Below are positions 12,655 to 22,666 of a stretch of 64,000 bases of DNA, in pieces. The notes under the pieces are model-generated. The model was not told the DNA's origin. It saw only the letters and a program-made list of their open reading frames with translations, and searched no databases. Source of the stretch: Azolla caroliniana (Eukaryota > Plantae > Polypodiophyta); NCBI GenBank assembly GCA_043228905.1, contig JBHGNT010000018.1:6944001-7008000 (forward strand), in the 5' to 3' direction. Numbering within the stretch: position 1 is the stretch's first letter; each line of letters starts with the position of its first letter. The position numbers and the translations under genes were made by a program.

Positions 12655-15600
12655 TGTTGGGATTACGGTCCCTCCGGATGGGATGTCCGGAGATGAATGA
12701 CGGCAAGCCCGGTTGCGGTTACGGAACCGGATGATGAAGAGTACCCGGCATAAAGCCGGATGACGAGTACCCGGTTACGGATCCGGATGCTGAAGACCCC
12801 GGTTACGGAGCCGGATGCTGAAGACCCCGGTTACGGAGCCGGATGACGAATGTACCCGGAGAGAGATTCGGATGCGGGGACATATTTGTGAATATGTTTG
12901 CTAAGAGCCCTTGAGGCTATATTTGTAAATAGCCCGAAAGTCATATATGTATAAATATGACTTAGGGCAAACAGTTTTATGTTGTTGCTTATTTTTCTGT
13001 TTTCACTTAGAGAGAGTGAAAAAGGCAGCCGCGAGAGAGAGAGAGAGACGAAGAGGTCGTTGCCTCTGTATATTGCCGCCGCCTGTGGCGAAGACAGTGA
13101 GCTCAAGGTCGTTGCCTTGAAGCATTCACCATTGTACATCCCTGTTCATAGTGATAGTTGGAGTTTGAGGACTCCCGTGGTTTTTCCCATTTAGGGTTTT
13201 CCACGTAAAATATCCTGTGTACTCTTCTCTCTATAGTCTTCGTGTACTTTGTAATTCCTATTTTCTGTGAGTTGATCTTATTCCTCGGTTGTGGCCGAGA
13301 GCTGGTCTGCAACAAGTGGTATCAGAGCGACGGTAACACAGAAAATGGAAGGCGGCGGTAGTGGGCCTCCGGGCATGATGGTGCTGAATGCGCAGAACTA
13401 CGCCGACTGGAAGATCAAGATGGAAGATCTTCTGATTGTTCGGGACCTGTACGAACCGATTGACAGGTCGGAAATACCGAAGGGGGTACTTGAGTCGGAG
13501 TGGAGGCTTCTGAACCGGAAAGCCGTTGCAACCATTCGGCAATACGTCGACGTGAACGTTCTACAACACGTGGCGAACGACACCAACGCATATGAGATGT
13601 GGAGGAAGCTGTCGGGCCTCTACGAGAGGAAGAATGCGTTGAACCGGACCTCCCTGATGAGAAAGATAGTGAACCTCAAGTACCGGGACGGCGAGAGTAT
13701 GGTGGAACACGTGACCACGTTCATGGGATTCGTGAACCAGCTTGCGGCGATCAAGTTCCCGTTGGAGGATGCAATGCAAGCCATCATCCTGATGTGTACT
13801 TTGCCGGACAGCTGGGAGAACTTGGTGGTGACTCTCAGCACCTCCTGCACCGAAGATAACTTGTCCCTACAAACGGTAAAGACAAGTATTTTGAACGAAG
13901 AAGCGCGTCGGAGAGATAAAGAACCGGTCTCCGACTCGAAGGCGCTGCTTACCGAATCGGAACGGGGAAGACAATGGAACCGGAGTCCGCAAAGACGGGA
14001 GAAGTCGGGGACCCGGTCGCAGTCAAGAGGAAGGCCAACACGTTTCCACTGTGGGAAGCCGGGGCACTTCCGGAAGAATTGTCGGCATTACCGAAAGGAC
14101 AACGGAGCCGACGACACCGATTCGAAGAAGTCACCGGAGAGAAACGGTGCATACCGGGGAGCCACGGACCGGAGAAGTTCGGATCGGCGAGGGCAGGACC
14201 GGAAAGGAACGACGGCACTCGCGGCAAGTGAAGAAGAGATAATGCTCATTACAGAAGAGAGGGAGTTGAACCTTGCCGGTGAAGAGATGACCTGGGTGGT
14301 CGATTCCGGAGCGTCGTTCCACCTGACCCCGGAGAAGAAATACTTCTCATCCTACACAGCCGGTGAGCACGGCTTTGTCCGGATGGGAAATGAAGGTACA
14401 TGCCGGATTGCCGGCATAGGAGACGTGTGGCTGATGACATCAACCGGATGCAAGATGCTGCTGAAGAATGTCCGACACGTTCCGGAGGTTCGACTGAACC
14501 TGATTTCGGCCGGGAGGCTAGATGATGAAGGCTACACGGGTAGCATCCGGAACGGTGTCATGAAGTTCAGCAAGGGGAGCTTGATAGTGGTTCGGGCCCG
14601 GAAGGTCAACACACTGTATCTGATGAATTCCCGGCTATGTCCGGAGGAGCTGAACGTGGCAGCTGACACTGCCGGTGAGCTATGGCACAAGAGACTGTGC
14701 CACATGAGCGAGAAGGGGATGAAGAGGCTTGCAGAAGACAACCTCATTCCAGTGAAGCATGTGCATCTGGAGAAGTGCATCAATTGCCTGGCCGGTAAGC
14801 AGAACCGAACCTCCTTCCACTCAAGGCCACCGACGAGACGTAGCGCACCATTGGAGCTGGTGCACACTGATGTGTGTCAGGTAGAAACGAAGTCACATGG
14901 CGGAGCCCAGTACTTCGTGACATTCATTGATGACCACAGCCGGAAGCTGTGGACGGCACCGTTGAAGACAAAGGACCAAGTGTTGTGCGTCTTCAAAGAA
15001 CTTCACGCGAGAGTGGAAAGGGAATCCGGCAAGAAGCTGAAGGCGATACGAGCGGATAACGGAGGGGAATACCGGGGGCAGTTCCAGGAGTACTGTCGCT
15101 CGAAGGGAATCCGGCTCGAGTTTACTGTGCCGAAGACGCCGGAACTGAACGGGCTGGCCGAGAGGATGAACCGGACCATAATGGAGAGGGTCCGGAGTAT
15201 GCTGGCGCATGCGAAATTACCCAAGGGGTTTTGGGCTGAGGCAATGTCGACGGCGACGTACGTGATAAACAGATCACCCTCAGTACCTTTGGACGGAGAC
15301 ACGCCGCAGAAAGTGTGGACCGGTAAGGAAGTGTCCTACCGGCATCTGAAGGTGTTCGGGTGTCTCGCATACGTGCATGTGGCAAAGGACCGGAGAGGAA
15401 AGTTAGATCCAAAGACCCGGCCATGCATATTCCTCGGTTACGGCAACGACGAGTTCGGCTACCGAGTATGGGACCCGGTCGACAAGAAGATATTCAGGAG
15501 TCGAGACATCATCTTCATGGAGGACAAGACACTCGCCGACTTGGAGTCGGAGAAGAAGATGAAGAGCTCCAAGTCGACCGGTGAGGATAAACTCTACGAG

Positions 15601-18122
15601 GAGCAGTCCCGACCGGCAAGGGACCGGTTAGCACTCGAGGATCCGGCCGAAGACGGTGAAGAAACAGAACCGGCCGAAGAAGAAGATGAAAATGATACCG
15701 GAACCGGCCCCGATCCCGAAATGGATTCGGATGAAGAAGAAGAATCGGAAGAACCGGTTACCGAAGCTCCCGAACGGAGATACCCTCTAAGAGAGAGAAG
15801 GGCCCCCCGGAGATTTCCGGAACCAGAGCACGTGTTGCTGACCGACGAGGGGGAGCCAGAGAGCTTTGAAGAAGCAAAGCATGACACCCATAGCCGCAGG
15901 TGGTTAAGTGCCATGCAGGAAGAGATGGATTCCCTGCATGAGAACCACACATATGAACTTGTGGAGTTGCCGAAAGGAAAGCGGGCACTTCGAAACAAGT
16001 GGGTGTTCAAGCTGAAACCGGGAGATGCCGGAAACCCCCCGAGATACAAAGCCAGGATCGTGGTGAAGGGGTTCCAGCAGAAGAAGGGCGTCGATTTCGA
16101 CGAGATATTTGCCCCGGTAGTGAAGATGACCTCCATCCGGACGGTGCTGAGCATAGCGGCAAGCATGGACCTCGAGGTAGAACAGATGGACGTGAAGACG
16201 GCATTCCTTCACGGTGACCTCGAAGAAGATATCTACATGCAGCAACCGGAAGGATTCGAGAAGAAAGGGAAGGAGCACCTGGTATGCCGGTTGAAGAAGA
16301 GCCTTTACGGACTGAAGCAGGCTCCCCGGCAATGGTACCGGAAGTTCGACTCCTTCATGACCGATGAAGGGTACCACAAAACACAGTCCGATCACTGCGT
16401 GTTTGTGAAGAAGTTCGAAGGAGGAGACTCTCTAATACTCCTCCTGTACGTGGACGACATGTTGATCGTCGGACGGGACCAGGTCAAGATACGGACGCTG
16501 AAGAAAGCGCTTCACCGAACCTTCTCAATGAAGGACCTGGGTCCGGCGAGGCAAATACTAGGGATGCACATCATCCGGGACCGGAAGAAGAAGCAGTTGT
16601 GGCTATCACAGGAGAAGTACGTGACAAAGGTGCTTCACCGGTTCAACATGTCGGAAGCAAGACCGGTCGGGTCAACCCTCCCGGCAAACTGCAAGCTGTC
16701 CAACAAGCAAAGTCCCAAGACAAAGGCTGAAAAGGAGGATATGATGAAAGTGCCGTATGCCTCAGCCGTCGGGAGCTTGATGTACGCCATGGTGTGTACG
16801 AGACCGGACATAGGATATGCAGTCGGGGTGGTGAGCCGGTACATGAGCAATTCCGGCAAGGAGCACTGGAACGCGGTCAAGTGGATACTCCGATACCTGA
16901 AGGGCACGGCAAACGTGTGCCTCCGATTCGGCTCCGGTAAACCCGAACTCGACGGCTTCACCGATTCGGATATGTCGGCTGATGCAGATACCAGCCGGTC
17001 CACATCAGGGTATGTGATGACCTATGCAGGGGGAGCCGTTTCGTGGCAGTCGAGGCTGCAGAAGACGGTTGCGTTGTCAACCACGGAGGCGGAGTACATG
17101 GCAGCTGTTGAAGCCGGCAAGGAAATAATATGGATGAAGGACTTCATTAGAGAGCTCGGTATCCAGCAGGAGGAGTACCGACTCTACTGCGACAGTCAGA
17201 GTGCCATCCATCTTGCAAAGAACGCGGCCTATCACTCCCGGACGAAGCACATCCAGCGAAGATATCACTGGATCCGGGAAAGGATAGAAGACAAGGAGTT
17301 CGTGCTGACGAAGGTCCACACGGACGAGAACGGGTCGGATATGCTGACCAAGGTGCTCACACCCGACAAGCTGGAAGCATGCCGGAAGAGGATCGGATTG
17401 GAGAGACATCCCATGCCGAAGTGAAGGGGGAGTTTGTTGGGATTACGGTCCCTCCGGATGGGATGTCCGGAGATGAATGACGGCAAGCCCGGTTGCGGTT
17501 ACGGAACCGGATGATGAAGAGTACCCGGCATAAAGCCGGATGACGAGTACCCGGTTACGGATCCGGATGCTGAAGACCCCGGTTACGGAGTCGGATGCTG
17601 AAGACCCCGGTTACGGAGCCGGATGCTGAAGACCCCGGTTACGGAGCCGGATGACGAATGTACCCGGAGAGAGATTCGGATGCGGGGACATATTTGTGAA
17701 TATGTTTGCTAAGAGCCCTTGAGGCTATATTTGTAAATAGCCCGAAAGTCATATATGTATAAATATGACTTAGGGCAAACAGTTTTATGTTGTTGCTTAT
17801 TTTTCTGTTTTCACTTAGAGAGAGTGAAAAAGGCAGCCGCGAGAGAGAGAGAGAGACGAAGAGGTCGTTGCCTCTGTATATTGCCGCCGCCTGTGGCGAA
17901 GACAGTGAGCTCAAGGTCGTTGCCTTGAAGCATTCACCATTGTACATCCCTGTTCATAGTGATAGTTGGAGTTTGAGGACTCCCGTGGTTTTTCCCATTT
18001 AGGGTTTTCCACGTAAAATATCCTGTGTACTCTTCTCTCTATAGTCTTCGTGTACTTTGTAATTCCTATTTTCTGTGAGTTGATCTTATTCCTCGGTTGT
18101 GGCCGAGAGCTGGTCTGCAACA
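12655..18122 (+). mobile_element. Intact, young Ty1/copia element D
   Basis: LTRs 12655-13314 (660 bp) and 17435-18122 (688 bp), identical by eye except one extra 28-bp repeat unit. TSD ATAGC (12650-12654, 18123-18127); PBS TGGTATCAGAGC 13317-13328; PPT GAAGGGGGAG 17423-17432. Confidence 0.97.
13345..17424 (+). CDS. Ty1/copia gag-pol polyprotein (gag, protease, integrase, reverse transcriptase, RNase H), 1359 aa
   Basis: Single uninterrupted ORF from the first ATG after the PBS. Motifs WVVDSGAS (PR), LWHKRLCH..CINC and VHTD/ADNGGEY/GLAERMNRT (INT), QMDVKTAFLHG and LLYVDDML (RT), GFTDSD..STTEAEY..CDSQSA..KHIQRRYH (RH). Confidence 0.97.
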   Translation: MEGGGSGPPGMMVLNAQNYADWKIKMEDLLIVRDLYEPIDRSEIPKGVLESEWRLLNRKAVATIRQYVDVNVLQHVANDTNAYEMWRKLSGLYERKNALNRTSLMRKIVNLKYRDGESMVEHVTTFMGFVNQLAAIKFPLEDAMQAIILMCTLPDSWENLVVTLSTSCTEDNLSLQTVKTSILNEEARRRDKEPVSDSKALLTESERGRQWNRSPQRREKSGTRSQSRGRPTRFHCGKPGHFRKNCRHYRKDNGADDTDSKKSPERNGAYRGATDRRSSDRRGQDRKGTTALAASEEEIMLITEERELNLAGEEMTWVVDSGASFHLTPEKKYFSSYTAGEHGFVRMGNEGTCRIAGIGDVWLMTSTGCKMLLKNVRHVPEVRLNLISAGRLDDEGYTGSIRNGVMKFSKGSLIVVRARKVNTLYLMNSRLCPEELNVAADTAGELWHKRLCHMSEKGMKRLAEDNLIPVKHVHLEKCINCLAGKQNRTSFHSRPPTRRSAPLELVHTDVCQVETKSHGGAQYFVTFIDDHSRKLWTAPLKTKDQVLCVFKELHARVERESGKKLKAIRADNGGEYRGQFQEYCRSKGIRLEFTVPKTPELNGLAERMNRTIMERVRSMLAHAKLPKGFWAEAMSTATYVINRSPSVPLDGDTPQKVWTGKEVSYRHLKVFGCLAYVHVAKDRRGKLDPKTRPCIFLGYGNDEFGYRVWDPVDKKIFRSRDIIFMEDKTLADLESEKKMKSSKSTGEDKLYEEQSRPARDRLALEDPAEDGEETEPAEEEDENDTGTGPDPEMDSDEEEESEEPVTEAPERRYPLRERRAPRRFPEPEHVLLTDEGEPESFEEAKHDTHSRRWLSAMQEEMDSLHENHTYELVELPKGKRALRNKWVFKLKPGDAGNPPRYKARIVVKGFQQKKGVDFDEIFAPVVKMTSIRTVLSIAASMDLEVEQMDVKTAFLHGDLEEDIYMQQPEGFEKKGKEHLVCRLKKSLYGLKQAPRQWYRKFDSFMTDEGYHKTQSDHCVFVKKFEGGDSLILLLYVDDMLIVGRDQVKIRTLKKALHRTFSMKDLGPARQILGMHIIRDRKKKQLWLSQEKYVTKVLHRFNMSEARPVGSTLPANCKLSNKQSPKTKAEKEDMMKVPYASAVGSLMYAMVCTRPDIGYAVGVVSRYMSNSGKEHWNAVKWILRYLKGTANVCLRFGSGKPELDGFTDSDMSADADTSRSTSGYVMTYAGGAVSWQSRLQKTVALSTTEAEYMAAVEAGKEIIWMKDFIRELGIQQEEYRLYCDSQSAIHLAKNAAYHSRTKHIQRRYHWIRERIEDKEFVLTKVHTDENGSDMLTKVLTPDKLEACRKRIGLERHPMPK

Positions 18123-19267
18123 ATAGCCCATGCGACTTCTACTATGTGCCGGTTTTTACGCTTAGCTACGCCATTCTGCTGAGGTGTGTGACGGCATGAG
18201 AATTCTCGTCGGATTCCTTCCTTTCAGAGATACGTCGTAAACTCATCTGAAAAGTATTCTTTGCCTCCATCCAATCGAAGGCAGCGTACATGCCGATCCG
18301 TAACTTTTTCGACTTCGGCTTTCAATCTCTGGAAGTATCCGAACACTTCGCTATTTTGTTTCATTGGGTAGATCCAGGTGTTCTTGGAGAAGTCTTCAAT
18401 GAACGTAACGTAATTTTGGCATCTGCCGAGTGTGCTTGTCTAGGCAGGTCCCCATACATCTAAATGTACGACATCCAAGATCCCTTTGCTCACATTCCGC
18501 TCTTTTGGGAATGGATGTCAGCGTTGCTTTCCGAACTGGCATTCTTCGCATACGCCCATAATCTCCTTTGCAGTAAAGTTCGGGAGTCCGATTACAACTC
18601 CTTTCGATTGCATGTTCTGAAGTTTTTGAAGATTGATGTGGCCGATTCTTTTGTGCCACATATTTTAGTCTGTTTCGACTTTGAGGCCCTTTGCGAACAT
18701 GGCCAACTTTACCTTGTTCAATTCGAGGATAAACATATTGCCTTCTCGTCGACCGTGGGCTACGACTTGTCTGCCCCTTTCGATGAAGCACCCGTTGTTG
18801 TGGAATCATACCTGCATTCCTTGTTCGACAATCTGGCCAACCGAAACCAGGTTTTTCATGATGGTAGGGACATGCAGTACGTTCTTGAGATAGGTTTGGT
18901 TGTCGTTGTTTCTGAATGGGACATTCCCGATATGTTGTACTGGATGAGTTGTGTCATCGCTTGTTTCCACATATCCGGGTCATTCGGGTTTTTGTAATTC
19001 CCGAAACCAATCTTCATGAGACGTCATGTGGTTGGATGCTCTCGAGTCAACAAACCATACATCATTTGATGCGGAGGCGCTAGTTGAGGCCCGTGTTGAC
19101 ATCGAGTGTGCGTCGTGCCTCATTACGAACATTCTGCTACAGTCATGGTCGCCATAGTCAGAATTCGTGGCGTAATTTATAAACATTCTGCTACGATCGT
19201 CGTAGTCGGAATTCGATGCGTAATTCCTGAACTATTGGCTAGTTGAAGTCGTGTGTGTGCATAAGGC

Positions 19268-19308
<41 letters not shown>

Positions 19309-19780
19309 AAACAGAGATAAAAACGACTATATATTACATTAATAAAAAATACTTCCAACAGTAACTAAGTTACAAGGGGTTGGTTTAAATACCAACTAAA
19401 CTAGGGCAAGTGCCCTTTCTACTATTTATAAAACTAGCCTGGTATGACCATGAGCTAGTGTGAAACCTATTACTATGGGAAGTTGAGTTCAACTCTCAAC
19501 AAAACCTTTAAACCGAAACCGATAAACCTCTAAACCATGAAATTCAAAACCAAACTAAACTGAAACCAAACCGGATCATAACATTTGAAACCAAACCAAA
19601 CGGTTTATTTATCTTTGAACCAATAAACCGTTAAGCGTGGGTTTAATGGTTCTGTTCGGTTTAAGCCGAAACTGGGCCCATTGCTAGTGTTCACACACTT
19701 GAGTATCCTAGAGTGTGTTCCCAGTCACGGGAAGTTGAGTTTGATTCTAAACAGCTGCAAAGGATTCTTCTAACCCTCGC

Positions 19781-20200
19781 GCTCTAATACCATGAAAACG
19801 TTAGCGTGCAAAAGTTTACATAGGTATCCGACTTAGTTAGCAAACAATAGATAGTTAGGTAAAACACAAAGAATGAGTGTTAGAGGCAAGTACAAAGTGA
19901 GAGAGACAGAGAGAGACAGAATTAGCAGACAACAAAAAATTCTATTACAAAAGACATTGTACATATAATGTGCTCATCAAGCACTTTTTATACAAGCCTC
20001 TAACATAAGTACCGACAAGGTACTTAATGCTCACTTATGAGCTCTGACACTAACTTGTCTATAATATTCCTATTACTAAAATAGGAATGTAGACCTAACG
20101 GTGTGTCGGCTTCCAGTTTATCTGACTTTCGGCTTCTACATCTGATCCTCCATCCAACCAGGCTTTCAGTTTCTACAACCGATCCAACTTTCAAGTTCTT
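19781..20200 (-). mobile_element. PBS and 5' LTR of outermost copia Z (right boundary uncertain)
   Basis: GCTCTAATACCA (reverse complement TGGTATTAGAGC) at 19781-19792, followed by TGAAAACG... LTR-like sequence with an (AG)-rich tract. Confidence 0.6.
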
Positions 20201-22132
20201 CAGCCAACTTGACCTTTTGGCCTTTAGACGATTTGGCTCATGTTGAGCTTGTCACCCAACTCCTCTCAAGTGGCAGGAGCACAAGTGGAGCTTGATGATG
20301 AAGAAGAAGAGGAGTTGGATACCCAAGCGATTCAAGGTGGCTTTGATGAAGGTGTGCTCAAAAATTTTGGATGAGCAAAGTGCCATGATGAAGGAAACAC
20401 CTCGAAGTGGCTTGGAGCATGAGGTCGAGATCAAGGTTTCCTCGACCAAAGTTGTTGAGCAAGAGGCAAAAGGTTGAGGGACTCCTACGAAGGACCATGG
20501 AGCGAAGGATTGGAGTGGTCCAAGTGAAGTGAGCTCAACCAATGTGGTTGGGCAAGAAGTTAAAATGGAGCATTGCCTTGGAAGATGCATAGAAGGGAGT
20601 TCAAGATTGGCCTAGTCAACACAAGGTGTCACGCAAAGGCATCAAAGTACTTGGCACAATTTTGTGAGCTTCATGGAAGTCGAGCTCTAGAGAACCCATG
20701 TGAATGTGGTATCTCTATTTTGTCCCAATTGAGCCAAAATACCAAAACTAACTAAGCCTCACTAGAGAGCCCAATCCAAGTCCAAAAAGTGGTGCCACCA
20801 TGGCTATCCCAACCTAGAGTCCCAATTAATAGTCCAACAACTAGTCCCAAAGGTTAACCACCAATGACTAGTCCAAACGGACATATTGAGCCTTATATAA
20901 GGAGTCATTCCTCATTCCATTCATTCTTAGATTCACTCATTTGTCTCAAAGGATTCTGGTGGTGATCTTTCTCCCTCGGATCAATTTTGAAGTTGTCGTG
21001 GCGCATCTAAAATTGTGTTGATTTGTCCAAACTCATCCTAACTCGTCCCCACTTATGTTTTGTTTTGTTTCAATATTGGGACTTTTGTAATATATGCATT
21101 GAGTTGTGAATATAATATAGCAAACTTTTTGTTGGACTCATGTTTGTTTCCATTCGTGTGTTCTTGTGTGTGATAAGTTTAATCAAGATTTTGGGACCTA
21201 ACAATAAAAGTAATCGTGATGACCATAACAAAAGATAAAACTTATGTAGCATATGTATGAATAGTCCATCTTGATATAATTTCCTCCAGAGACATCAACA
21301 AATTTTAACACATTTATTAAGTACATCGTCATTATGACTCCTAGCTCCAACGTTAGAACATACTCCGACATCATCTTTTGGATTCATTGCCTTTTTGTGA
21401 TTTGATATGAAAAGGACATGTGGAATGTCTCACGTGGCTTAATTTAATGACTTGTTGGCCATGACAAAAAGTAGAACCGACATCCTTCGGAGAATTTATT
21501 ATCGTAGCTTGTAGGATGCCAACCGTATTCAATCAATTGATTTGTAACTTACCAAAATTTTGTGATCATGTTTCTTCCATCAAGGTTGAATATTATAATG
21601 GTACTTTTGTGCACTCAACTTACATGTGTGAATTTTTCCTTGCTTAAGCTTAAATCAACATTTTCCCACATTCGGATCTCGACAAACAATTAAGGTACCT
21701 AGGGGGGTGTGGGCATACCAATATGCAATAGAAATCAAAACGTTTGTTTCTAGAACGAGGAATAGAGGAACATAGATAACTCATGTTCCATGCAGTAAAG
21801 TTGTCCTTGACATTATTTTTTGTCTTTGAACAAAACTTCACAAAGCCCCTTGATCCAAAGCATATGTCTCATATTACTCTTTTAAATACATAATCAATGC
21901 ATGTACAAACATCAAACGTATATGGCATCTTATAAGGTAACAACTCAATCAACAAATTTTCAAAACATTTTTTCATCGGATTCATCAATTTTGTAGCGTG
22001 TTTAATTTGTGAGATGCAAGAGAATCATCCCAATTAATTGTCAGAGTTATGATTTTGTCCTAGAGACAAACATTCATTCAATTGAGTTTCTCCTTCGAGG
22101 TAGTCCATCTCTTCTCTTTCCTTAAATGTACC

Positions 22133-22666
22133 TCACAATTAGCAACAGTTCGGTTCAGTTAGGTTTGAGAATCTCAAAACTAAATCTCAAATAATTTGAG
22201 GGATTTCCAACCTCAAACTAAACAATTCAAGATATTTGTAAATCGTTAAGTTGTAAAGCGGTGGTTTCATGGTCCATTACAAACCAGTATTTTGTATTCA
22301 CTTTTGCACGATTCTTTAACAAGGAGTCTTTCGACCAAAAGCTCACGCTTTTAATTGAGGAGAGAAGAAAATATTAGATCGCAAATGTTGAAGTTAATAA
22401 AGGCTATACTGCTTAACTTTATAAAGTTAATTCATATTTAGTTAGTATTTTTCAAATTTCCTAACCTAAATCATTAAGGTGTTTAAACAAAAAACTATTA
22501 GGTCGATAAAGGCTCAACCCAAACCCTTGAACCTCCATGCTAATTCAAACCATTTGCAAATTTCTAAATTTGAATTGAATCAAACCAAATTGTTTAAACC
22601 ATTGCCCCAGTAAGCCACAACTTTTGCAATTCGGTTTAGCTCAAACCAAACCATTGTCAATTGTTA
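22133..22666. mobile_element. Degenerate hAT-like MITE
   Basis: Imperfect terminal inverted repeats (TCACAATTAGCAACAGTTCGGTTC / AAACCAAACCATTGTCAATTGTTA) and AAACC-rich subtermini like the 10026 element; TSD not clean. Confidence 0.35.

Larger units (their letters stand above)
10468..19501 (-). mobile_element. Rearranged Ty1/copia element C (A-related), lacking gag and PBS
   Basis: Termini TGTAAAGA (10468) and CTCTCAACA (19501) with TSD AAACC (10463-10467, 19502-19506). Internal RT (ILYVDDLVIGG; HQMDVKNAFLQG, 11023-11900), integrase split by element D, protease WFVDSRASNHM (~19050). LTR body 19251-19501. Confidence 0.8.
10026..19686. mobile_element. Non-autonomous hAT-type DNA transposon containing copia C and D
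   Basis: TIRs TAGCAATGGACCCGGTT / AACTGGGCCCATTGCTA; perfect 8-bp TSD GTGTTCAC (10018-10025, 19687-19694); subterminal AAACC/AAACCG repeats at both ends; no transposase ORF. Confidence 0.9.
143..19753 (-). mobile_element. Ty1/copia element A (degenerate), 5' LTR split by two later insertions
   Basis: 3' LTR 143-517 (TGTAAAGA...CTCAACA), PPT 518-528, PBS 4975-4986. 5' LTR in three pieces: 4987-5245, 9963-10025, 19695-19753. Flanks GTTGC (138-142) and GCTGC (19754-19758) form a 5-bp TSD with one mismatch. Confidence 0.88.

Noticed and set aside
12831-13315. Identical small ORFs duplicated at 17639-18123
   Set aside because: Products of the two LTR copies; no coding signature.
13291-13344. ORF-track start of the 1377-aa ORF at a GTG
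   Set aside because: It lies inside the LTR/PBS; the first ATG after the PBS (13345) is the plausible start.
15594-16395. Long antisense ORFs within D (and 61637-62127 in E)
   Set aside because: Shadow frames of a GC-rich coding strand; no recognisable motifs.
20230-21250. LTR-like or TE-like segment with TATA (CCTTATATAAGG) and short ORFs
   Set aside because: No termini, TSD, PBS or domain could be fixed; left unannotated.
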